Positions 17,258 through 26,500 of a stretch of DNA of 64,000 nt are shown here, one piece after another (within the stretch, counting starts at the first letter, position 1; each line of letters starts with the position of its first letter). Under the pieces are notes generated by a model that searched no databases, was not told where the DNA came from, and saw nothing but the letters and a program-made list of their open reading frames with translations. A program made the position numbers and the translations under genes. Source of the DNA: a virus (taxonomy: Duplodnaviria > Caudoviricetes); IMG/VR virus record IMGVR_UViG_3300027971_004105. One strand, given 5' to 3'.

Positions 17258-20200
17258 ATGGCCGTTGGTCGAATTTCCGGTCAGCTCTTGAAGGATAACC
17301 TGATCCGTTCCACACTACCAGTGGGCGAACAGAATATTGCCTTTGAGACTGATCTGTTATATATTGATATAATAAATTCTAGGATCGGTATAAAAACTGC
17401 CAATCCTCAATATCCTTTAGATGTAAACGGAACCACCAGAACTGTAAATTTAGAAGTCACCAACACTGCCAACATCAGCGATTTAACCTTGACTGGCACT
17501 TCAATAACCACCACCAATCCTGTGTTGTCCATTGCTTCACCTGACAAAATTTTATACAACAATGCCATTATAGTGGATGATTTTCAAATATCCAACAACC
17601 TCATTGAGACAACCACTTCTAACACAGATCTACAAATCAGTGCAAATGGCACAGGTATTGTGGACATTCTCAGTGATGTGGAAGTGACTGGAAATATATA
17701 TGCCACGGGCAACATCACAGCAGATGGCAATATCACATTGGGAAATCAGGACACTGACAATGTGACCATCAATGCTGACATCAACAGCGATATTATACCC
17801 AATACCACAGACACTTATGATTTAGGCACTGGTGCAAAACGTTGGAATGAAATGTTTGTTTCTGACCTAACTGTGGACAACTTAACAGTGGGCGGCAACA
17901 TACTAGTGGGTGGATTGGATCTAACTCAAACTCCTGGCAACATCATATATGTGGCCACCAATGGTGACAATGCCAACACCGGCACGCATCAAAATGATCC
18001 AGTATTGACCATTCAACAAGCCATCACATTGGCCACTGCAGGAGATTTGATACACATTTATCCAGGCACCTACACAGAAACATTTCCCATCACTGTGCCT
18101 GTGGGAGTAACTATCAAAGGCGAATCATTGCGATCAGTGTTTATTCAACCCACTGGTGGCACCATTGACCAGAATGCTTTCATATTGAATGGTGAAACCA
18201 CTATTGAAGATTTAACAGTGGGCAATTTCCGTTTCAATGCTGGATTAAACAGAGGATATGCTTTTAGATATGCTGCATCATTCACAGTGACCACACGTTC
18301 ACCCTATATCAAAAACGTGAGTGTGATCACCACAGGTTCTGTGACATCTGGCGCAGATCCCAGAGGATTCAACACTGGTGATGCTGGCAAAGGAGCTTAT
18401 TTGGATGGCAGTTTGGCCACAGCAGGCAGCAATGAAGCCAGTTGTTTGTTTCAAAATTGCACATTCATAACTCCAGGTGTGGATGCCATCACCATGACCA
18501 ATGGAGTGAGAGTGGAATGGTTGAATTCATTCACATATTTTGCCAATAGAAGTTTGTATGCAGTGGATGGTGTGTCTGGTTTGAAAGGCACTGGAAAAAC
18601 ACTGCTGAAAGTGGATGGCTTATCAGGACCTGCAGTGATTGCTGGTCAAACCATCACTTACAAAGATGTGGACAATGTTACAGTTTTGGGCACAGGCACC
18701 ATTGCCACAGTGGATGGAACAAAAATTTATCTCACAGGCAAAGTTGTAGGATTTGAAAATGCCACAGACCGTCCAGGTAAAACTGTCACATCTCATGGCA
18801 ATGCACAATTGAGCACAGCTCAAATTAAATATGGCAGCAGTAGTTTATTATTGGATGGTGTAGGCGATTATTTGAGCATTGCCACGCAGGCAGACTTTGG
18901 CTATGCATCTGGAAATTTTACCATTGAGTTCTGGTTAAGAATCACCAGCTTGGGCAATCAAGTGATCATCGAACAGAGATCAGCATCGGCTCTCAACAAT
19001 CCAATGATCCATATTAATAGTGGAGTAATAAAATATTACGCAGCTGCCGCTAACAGAATCACAGGCTCCACTACTATTGCCATCAACACTTGGTATCATG
19101 TGGCTGTAAGCAAAAGCAGTGGCACCACCAAACTGTTCGTGAATGGCACACAGGAAGGCAGTTCTTATGTGGACGCCAACGACTATGGCAGCACATCCAC
19201 TTTGATTGTGGGAGCTGACTATTTGTACGCCAATACGCTATCTGCCTATCTAGATGATTTAAGAATTGTCAAAAGCGCAGCAATATACACCAGTAATTTT
19301 ACAGCACCCACCACTCAGTTGACTGCTACTCCCAACACTGTGCTGTTGTTGAATTTCAACGGTATTAATGCAGCTACCACTATGGAAGACTCAGTGGAAG
19401 GCGCACAATTTATAAGTTTTTCAGGCGGAGGTGTGGCCACCAGTTTTGTTAATGTGGACTACACAGACTTTGGCGCAGAAGTGAGAAGCATAGCATCTGC
19501 TTCTATCTATGGCAATTACGGAGCATACGGTTCTGGAGCAGGAGTATTGATGTATTTGATTGGACACAATTTTGCCTACATTGGTTTAGGCAAAGAAGTG
19601 GACAATGATCCATCCACGGCCATACAGGTCAACGAAGTGATAGAATTATCCAACGCAAGAATATTTTACAGTTCAGTGGATCACAAAGGTGATTTCCGAG
19701 TGGGAGATTTATTCTATGTGAATCAAGCAGACGGTACAGTAACGTTCACTTCTGCTTTCACCAACATTGCTTCCAGCAGCACATTAACTTTCACTTCTGG
19801 TGGACATACCACTATCATTGATGGATCTTATATTCAACAAGACAATGTGAAATTGAGCGGCAACACCATTGAAAGTACCACAGGAGCATTGAATTTGGAT
19901 GCAGACAATGGACAGATCAATCTATTGGACAATGTGAGCATCTCAGGCGACTTGGATGTCACAGGAGATGTCAGCATTGGTGGAAATATTACCATTGGTG
20001 ATCAAACCACTGACACTTTGAGCATTGTGGCAGCTATTACCAGCGACATCATTCCACAAACCACTAACACATACAATTTGGGCAGTGCAGCTAAAAATTG
20101 GAACACAGTGTACAGTTCCACCATCAATGTGGATGGCAACATCAGAATTGAAAACAATTTGATCACCACACAGACCACCAATTCAAATCTACAATTGAGT

Positions 20201-20986
20201 GGTGCTGGCACAGGCAGTGTGGAGATAGAAAATTTTAGAATCAACGACAACACCATCACCAATACCACTGGTGATATGACCTTTACTCCGGCCACAGGTG
20301 TCACGGTGTTCACAGGCACAGGCAGTGTGAGATTGCCAGCAGGTGGTAACGCTGCCAGACCTGCCATACCCACTGCGGGCATGATCAGATACAACACTGA
20401 TTCCAATCTATTTGAAGGTTATGATGGCAGTTGGACTGTGCTGCAAGGTGTGTATGATTTGGATCGCAACACCTACATCACTCCAGAATTAACTCCTGGA
20501 GCCAATGACAACACCATAAGATTTTACAGCAACAACACTTTGGTGGCAGATGTCAACAGCACTCGTTTTGATGTGAACACATTACAAGTGGACAGCATCA
20601 CCATATCAGGCAACACATTGACCACCACAGGTACTAACCAAGATTTGATATTGAATGCCAACGGCACAGGCATCATCAGAATTGAAAATTTAAATTTTCA
20701 AACCAACACCATTACCAATTATGTGACAAATGCTCCCATCATATTTGAAACCACCGGTGATGGTTATGTGGATTTGAGTCAGGCAGGCGGAGTGCGTATA
20801 CCTTATGGATTGTCTGCACAGAAACCCTCTGCTCCTGTGATAGGATTGATGAGATACAATCAAGATGATTTGTATGTGGAAATTTATGACGGGTCAAACT
20901 GGGTGTCTGTGGCAGGATCAGGCGGTGCTGTAACACTCACACAAGCAGAGCAATTTGCAATAGAATATGCACTTACTTTAGGATAA
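17258..20986 (+). CDS. Large tail fibre/spike protein with beta-helix-like and LamG domains
   Basis: 1242 aa; MAVGRISG start like MPNPVGRISG of 13145; RSPYIKNV, FTIEFW...WYHVAVS, DHKGDFRVG; C-terminus EYALTLG. Confidence 0.75.
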   Translation: MAVGRISGQLLKDNLIRSTLPVGEQNIAFETDLLYIDIINSRIGIKTANPQYPLDVNGTTRTVNLEVTNTANISDLTLTGTSITTTNPVLSIASPDKILYNNAIIVDDFQISNNLIETTTSNTDLQISANGTGIVDILSDVEVTGNIYATGNITADGNITLGNQDTDNVTINADINSDIIPNTTDTYDLGTGAKRWNEMFVSDLTVDNLTVGGNILVGGLDLTQTPGNIIYVATNGDNANTGTHQNDPVLTIQQAITLATAGDLIHIYPGTYTETFPITVPVGVTIKGESLRSVFIQPTGGTIDQNAFILNGETTIEDLTVGNFRFNAGLNRGYAFRYAASFTVTTRSPYIKNVSVITTGSVTSGADPRGFNTGDAGKGAYLDGSLATAGSNEASCLFQNCTFITPGVDAITMTNGVRVEWLNSFTYFANRSLYAVDGVSGLKGTGKTLLKVDGLSGPAVIAGQTITYKDVDNVTVLGTGTIATVDGTKIYLTGKVVGFENATDRPGKTVTSHGNAQLSTAQIKYGSSSLLLDGVGDYLSIATQADFGYASGNFTIEFWLRITSLGNQVIIEQRSASALNNPMIHINSGVIKYYAAAANRITGSTTIAINTWYHVAVSKSSGTTKLFVNGTQEGSSYVDANDYGSTSTLIVGADYLYANTLSAYLDDLRIVKSAAIYTSNFTAPTTQLTATPNTVLLLNFNGINAATTMEDSVEGAQFISFSGGGVATSFVNVDYTDFGAEVRSIASASIYGNYGAYGSGAGVLMYLIGHNFAYIGLGKEVDNDPSTAIQVNEVIELSNARIFYSSVDHKGDFRVGDLFYVNQADGTVTFTSAFTNIASSSTLTFTSGGHTTIIDGSYIQQDNVKLSGNTIESTTGALNLDADNGQINLLDNVSISGDLDVTGDVSIGGNITIGDQTTDTLSIVAAITSDIIPQTTNTYNLGSAAKNWNTVYSSTINVDGNIRIENNLITTQTTNSNLQLSGAGTGSVEIENFRINDNTITNTTGDMTFTPATGVTVFTGTGSVRLPAGGNAARPAIPTAGMIRYNTDSNLFEGYDGSWTVLQGVYDLDRNTYITPELTPGANDNTIRFYSNNTLVADVNSTRFDVNTLQVDSITISGNTLTTTGTNQDLILNANGTGIIRIENLNFQTNTITNYVTNAPIIFETTGDGYVDLSQAGGVRIPYGLSAQKPSAPVIGLMRYNQDDLYVEIYDGSNWVSVAGSGGAVTLTQAEQFAIEYALTLG

Positions 20987-21005
20987 AACATATGACACAA
21001 ACGGT

Positions 21006-21011
21006 TAAATA
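21006..21011 (+). promoter_or_regulatory. TAAATA late-promoter-like motif
   Basis: Intergenic; SD TAGGA before ATG 21037. Confidence 0.6.
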
Positions 21012-21036
21012 CACACAGAAATAGGACACAAATCAC

Positions 21037-21366
21037 ATGGCAACAGCGTTCAAAAACAAGATTATCAGTGCAGTAGGCACCAGTCCTGTGAAGATATATG
21101 AAGGTCCTGTGGGAGTGGAAACCACTGTGATTGGGCTCAGTTTGGCCAATATTTCTGCAGGCATAATCACTGTCAGTGTGTTTGTGCAGGACGACACCAG
21201 TGCTCAAGCATTTTACATAAAAAACGCACAGATATCACCAGCATCATCATTGAGAGTGGTGGTGAGCGGAGAAAAATTAATCATACCAGCTGAATATGAT
21301 CTGTTTGTGGAGAGCAACACAGCAGCAGCAGTGGATGTGGTAATGAGCTATGTGGAGATAACATAA
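21037..21366 (+). CDS. Small beta-sandwich-type virion protein
   Basis: 109 aa, MATAFKN start; paralogue of 11453 and 35033. Confidence 0.65.
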   Translation: MATAFKNKIISAVGTSPVKIYEGPVGVETTVIGLSLANISAGIITVSVFVQDDTSAQAFYIKNAQISPASSLRVVVSGEKLIIPAEYDLFVESNTAAAVDVVMSYVEIT

Positions 21367-21367
21367 T

Positions 21368-21844
21368 ATGCAATACATCGGTCAAACAATTGCCAACACC
21401 ATTAAAAGTCACAAGGATAGATATTTCTATGGCCTGCGTAGAACTGATGCAGGTGAACTGTATCTGGCCAAGGTGGATCAAACAGAACTAGGTGACAGTG
21501 TGACCATCAACAACCCAGGATTGGCATCTGCCAACTATGAGGAATGGGCTGAAGGACAGGATTTTTTTGATGGTAGAGATGTGAATCACGATAAAATTTA
21601 TACCAATTTAAAATATGAACAGTACAGATGGGATGATGTCAACTTGTATTACTATATCAATTCCGAAGGTGAATTGGTGGTGCGAATCAATCATCCTATT
21701 GATATGGAAAATCCAGGAGCAGCAGCCAGCGCTTACACCTATCCCAATGTGAGCGAAATACCTCTGTTCACAGGAGCTTCTATCAAATGGGATCAAGACA
21801 CCATCACTTTTGACAACAATGAATCTTCATGGGACAGAACTTAA
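21368..21844 (+). CDS. Hypothetical protein, paralogue of 23202
   Basis: Shares RYFYGLRRTDAGELYL.KVD and IY.NL.YEQ.RWD motifs with 23202. Confidence 0.75.
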   Translation: MQYIGQTIANTIKSHKDRYFYGLRRTDAGELYLAKVDQTELGDSVTINNPGLASANYEEWAEGQDFFDGRDVNHDKIYTNLKYEQYRWDDVNLYYYINSEGELVVRINHPIDMENPGAAASAYTYPNVSEIPLFTGASIKWDQDTITFDNNESSWDRT

Positions 21845-21864
21845 AAGGTATATTTGTATTATGG

Positions 21865-21870
21865 TAAATA
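21865..21870 (+). promoter_or_regulatory. TAAATA late-promoter-like motif
   Basis: Intergenic; SD AAGGA before ATG 21896. Confidence 0.6.
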
Positions 21871-21895
21871 TTAACAAACACAATCAAGGACACAC

Positions 21896-23197
21896 ATGGT
21901 AAAACAGATAATCAATGATGGCGTAACACCCAATGATGGTCAGGGAGATAATCTAAGAGCCGGAGCTATCAAAATCAATTCAAATTTTGACGAAATTTAC
22001 TCAGCCTTGGGCAATGGAGTCAGTCTGACTGTGATCAACAACAATCTGATCACTGCCACAGGTCAAAATAAAATCACTTTCAAATACAACAATTTGGCAG
22101 GTTTGCCCAATGCTACCACCTACAGTGGCATGTTTGGTTTCACCAGTGACACTGACAAGGCTTATGTGGCTGTGGATGGCACATGGACAGAATTATTAAC
22201 CACTGCTTCCAGCATCAACTCTCTGAGTGATGTGAACACCACAGCAGTGCCTGCAGATGGACAAGCTCTATTATGGAACGCAGCCACTTCCAATTGGATT
22301 CCTGGCACAGTCAGCGGAGGAGGCGGAGGCGCAGCAGCCACTACTTTTTTAGCTCTCACAGACACTCCAGCCAACTACACAGCAGCCGGCAGTAGATTTG
22401 TCAAAGTCAACAGTGGAGCAACTGGATTAGAATTTGTGGCAGGCATTCAAAGTTCTGATGTCAGTGCCATATCAATCAATTCACTGTCAGATGTGGACAC
22501 AGCCACAACATTGCCTTCAGTGGGACAGGTTTTAAAATGGAATGGCACCAATTGGGTACCAGCAGCAGATGCCACGTCAGGTGGTGGTGGAACCAATGCT
22601 GACACACTGGATGGATTTGACAGCACATATTTCTTAAATTATCAGAATTTGACCAACCAGCCCACCATACCAACCACTTTTTTAGCTCTCACAGACACTC
22701 CAGCCAACTACACATCAGCAGGTGGCAGATTTGTCAAAGTGAACGCAGGAGCCACTGCACTGGAATTTACCAGCGTGAGTATTCCTGCCACATTGGATGA
22801 TCTCACAGATGTGGTGATATCTGCACCCACAGTGGGAGACATGCTGTACTACAATGGCACCAACTGGGTCAAACAGAATGGTCCCATAATCAGATGGAGT
22901 TTGTCTGCCAGTGGCAGTGCTGATTACGTGTACACTGGTCCAGGTTTTTATGCATCCACCAATGATCCCACTCTGTATCTGCACAGAGGAACCACATACA
23001 TTTTCAGCAACACTGTGCATGCCACTCATCCTTTGGAAATCAGAGTGAGCAATGGAGGTGCTGCATACACCAATGGAATATCTGGTGCTGGCACTGACAC
23101 TGTAACTTTCACAGTGCCCATGGATGCTCCCGGCACACTGTATTATCAATGCACAGTGCATTCAAGCATGGGCAATACCATCAACATTGTAACTTAA
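21896..23197 (+). CDS. Baseplate wedge/fibre protein with gp9/gp10-like N-terminus and C-terminal cupredoxin-like domain
   Basis: KQIINDGVTPNDGQGDNLRAGAIKINSNFDEIY N-terminus; LSDV/LTDV fibre repeats; C-terminal HP...LYYQCTVHSSM. Confidence 0.75.
   Translation: MVKQIINDGVTPNDGQGDNLRAGAIKINSNFDEIYSALGNGVSLTVINNNLITATGQNKITFKYNNLAGLPNATTYSGMFGFTSDTDKAYVAVDGTWTELLTTASSINSLSDVNTTAVPADGQALLWNAATSNWIPGTVSGGGGGAAATTFLALTDTPANYTAAGSRFVKVNSGATGLEFVAGIQSSDVSAISINSLSDVDTATTLPSVGQVLKWNGTNWVPAADATSGGGGTNADTLDGFDSTYFLNYQNLTNQPTIPTTFLALTDTPANYTSAGGRFVKVNAGATALEFTSVSIPATLDDLTDVVISAPTVGDMLYYNGTNWVKQNGPIIRWSLSASGSADYVYTGPGFYASTNDPTLYLHRGTTYIFSNTVHATHPLEIRVSNGGAAYTNGISGAGTDTVTFTVPMDAPGTLYYQCTVHSSMGNTINIVT
22343..22714 (+). 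repeat. Identical 39-bp direct repeat at 22343-22381 and 22676-22714 (intragenic duplication)
   Basis: acttttttagctctcacagacactccagccaactacaca occurs twice; encodes TFLALTDTPANYT. Confidence 0.9.
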
Positions 23198-23201
23198 AAA
23201 T

Positions 23202-23561
23202 ATGAACAACGAACAACACATTGAACAGATAGAAGAAACACTGGGATCCAGCAGATATTTCTATGGCCTGCGCAGAACTGATGCAGGTGAATTGTATCTG
23301 GGCAAGGTGGATCTCATGAGTGCCAACAGCACAGATGCATTGCAGATCAATCTGCCAGGCAATCCCACTGAAAATCTACCCAGCTTTGCCAGAGGAGTGG
23401 ATTTTTTTGAAGGCAGAGATGTGGAGCACACTAAAATTTATGATAATTTAAACTATGAACAATTTCGTTGGGACAGCAGAAATATTTTGTATTACATTGA
23501 TTCTGAAGGACAACTGGTTCTCAGAGTGAATGAACCATACACTTACCCTGTAGGAATATAA
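23202..23561 (+). CDS. Hypothetical protein, paralogue of 21368
   Basis: Shared motifs with 21368. Confidence 0.75.
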   Translation: MNNEQHIEQIEETLGSSRYFYGLRRTDAGELYLGKVDLMSANSTDALQINLPGNPTENLPSFARGVDFFEGRDVEHTKIYDNLNYEQFRWDSRNILYYIDSEGQLVLRVNEPYTYPVGI

Positions 23562-23562
23562 C

Positions 23563-26500
23563 ATGCCAGAATTTAAAATTGAACGCATACGTTTTAGATG
23601 GAGAGACTCTTGGTCTGCCACCACAGTGTACATCAAAGATGATGTGGTGCGTTTCGGAGCCAAAGTGTATGTGTGCTTGATAGCTCACACTGCCAATGCA
23701 AATTTTTACACAGATTTTGACAATGCCTCTCCCAAATGGAGTCAGATGTTGGATGGACAAAGCTGGACTGGTGATTGGACTCCCAGCACTTTCTACAAGA
23801 TCAATGACATAGCCAAACTGGGTTCCACATTGTGGATCTGTTTGGAACCACACACCTCCAATGCAGATGCAGAAGATGCATTATCAGGTGATGAAGCCAA
23901 ATGGACTGTGTTTGCAGAAGGTGAAAACTGGCGCGGTGATTGGACTCCCAGCACTGCATACATCAAAGGTGATTTGATTCGTTATGGTGGAAGATTATAT
24001 CTCTGCGCATTGTATCATGTGAGTGCCACAGCGTTGGAAGGATTGGAATTGGATCTACCCAACTGGACCTTGTACACAAGAAATTTAGATTACAAACTGG
24101 AATGGAATGTCAACACCAGATACCGATCAGATGAGTTGGTCAAGTATGGTGGCATAGTGTACAGAGTGATCACAGGACATCAAAGTGCTGTGAGCAATGT
24201 GTATGTGAATCCCAACTTCACCACAGACAGTGTGGCTGGCATGGGTGCTGCTTTCAAAGTTTTTAGAGTGGGTGCTGTGTATCACGTGCAGTTCACCAAC
24301 ACTGGAATGGATTTCAGTGCGTCTGATCAGATCACTGTATTGGGCACACAGTTGGGTGGATTTGCACCCAGCAACAATCTCATAATCACTGCATTGTCAG
24401 TGGAGACAGATGGAGCCATCATAAATTATTCTGTCACAGGCACAGCAGAAATCACTGCAGATGGATTGGAAGCTGATTTTGGAAAATTTGAAACAGTGAT
24501 TGACGGCATAGAATACAAAGGCGATTACACTCAATACACCAGATACAAAAAAAATGATATTGTGAAGTATGGTGGATCCAGTCTTTGGATCTGTATGGAT
24601 GCAACGAATGTAGGTGTATTTGCTGACAGCGCAGTGCTGGATGAAAGCAAATGGGATATCTGGTTGCCTGGTTTGGGATTTGAAGCACTATGGAGTGCAA
24701 CCACTTATTATCAACAGGGTGATGTGGTGATGTATGGCGGATACAGCTATGTGTGTTTGTTGAGCAACATAAATGTACTGCCCACTGTGGCAGTTGACAG
24801 CAGCAGTGCTTGGGAATTAATGGTACCAGGTTATAACTTGAGAGGTGACTGGCAGGATGATGACAGCACAGCAACCACTCAGTACAAAACTGGTGACGTG
24901 GTGCGCAGCGGAGGTAATTTATACATTGCTGTGCGAGACAATGCAGGTGATCTACCACTGGAAGAAACTGCTTATGATCCTGGCACTGATTCACCTTATC
25001 CTTGGCAATTGTTGGTCACAGGTAAAAGATGGAGAGGACCTTGGTACGAGGTTGATCCCGTAACTCAACAGAATAGATTTTATTATCCTGGTGACGTGGT
25101 CACTGTGGCAGGCACCACTTTTGCCTGTGTGGAATATCATGAAGCTGACATATCAGCTGCCAAACCCACTCTGGATTTGGAGAGTGAAGCTGTAGGACCT
25201 TTGTGGGTCAAATTAGCTCAAGGTGGCGTGGCCAATGTGTTGGAACATGTGGGAGATATCAAAACCATAGGTGACGACAGTGTGACCTTTGCTCTCAACA
25301 TAGGAACTTCAGGAGAATCACTACAGATCACCAACAGCATACCAGACTGGAAACCACAAGATGTGATCACCAACGTTTTCTATGTGTCCACAGAAGGTGT
25401 GAATGCACTGAACAGAGGAACCACATTGCAGACTGCATTTAGAACTGTGAAATATGCCTGTGATTTTGTGAATGCTGACAAATTATCTCGAACACCGGCC
25501 ACAATTTTTATCAAGACAGGAATTTATGAAGAAATATTGCCCATCAACGTGCCCTATGACACAGCATTAGTGGGAGATGAATTAAGAAGCACCAGCATCA
25601 GACCAGCTGAAGGTTATGAAGGATCCAACATGTTTTATGTGAACAATGGATCAGGCATAAGAAACATGAGTCTACAAGGACTGTATGGCACACTTGGAGC
25701 AAATAATCAATATCTAACCAAGAGACCCAGTGGTGGAGCATTTGTTTCTCTTAACCCTGGAAATTCTCCATCAGATACCACTGCATGGATCACTACTAAA
25801 TCACCCTATGTGCAAAATGTCAGTACCTTTGGCACAGGTTGTGTGGGATTAAAAGTGGATGGAGATCTACACAATGGTGGCAACAAATCAGTGGTGGCCA
25901 ATGACTTCACACAGATTATTTCAGACGGTATAGGATTTTGGGTCAAAGGTGAAGGAAAATCAGAATTAGTTTCTGTGTTTACATACTACTGTCACATAGG
26001 ATACTTGGCAGAAGACGGCGGCAAAGTGCGTGGAACCAACGGCAACAATTCATATGGTGCATATGGTGCTGTGGCAGAAGGTTTTTCTTTGGCAGAAACT
26101 CCCATCACTGCTGAAATAGACAATCAATCTGGAGAAGCATTGATCAACAGTGTGTACAACGATGAAAATCAGATATTTTGTTTTGGATATTCACACACAG
26201 GTCAAGATTACACCAGCGCCACAGTGACCATCACAGGTTCAGGTGCAGGAGCAGCTGCCTTCATAGGTTATGACAACACACGCTATCAGTCCATCAGCGA
26301 AGTGAGATTGACAGATCCTTTGGACAGCGGAATTACAGGAGGATTAGGTTACACCAACATACTGGGCAATGCTCAAGGTGGTGATGATAACAGCATACTG
26401 TTGGCTGCACAATATGAACCACAATATGAAAAACTTTTCACAGCCACCAGCGGAAACCCAGCCAACACCATCACTGTGCAAAACATCACAGAAATGAATG

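Noticed and set aside
22343-22714. 39-bp direct repeats as a possible CRISPR array
   Set aside because: Only two copies about 330 bp apart, in frame within a fibre gene; no cas genes
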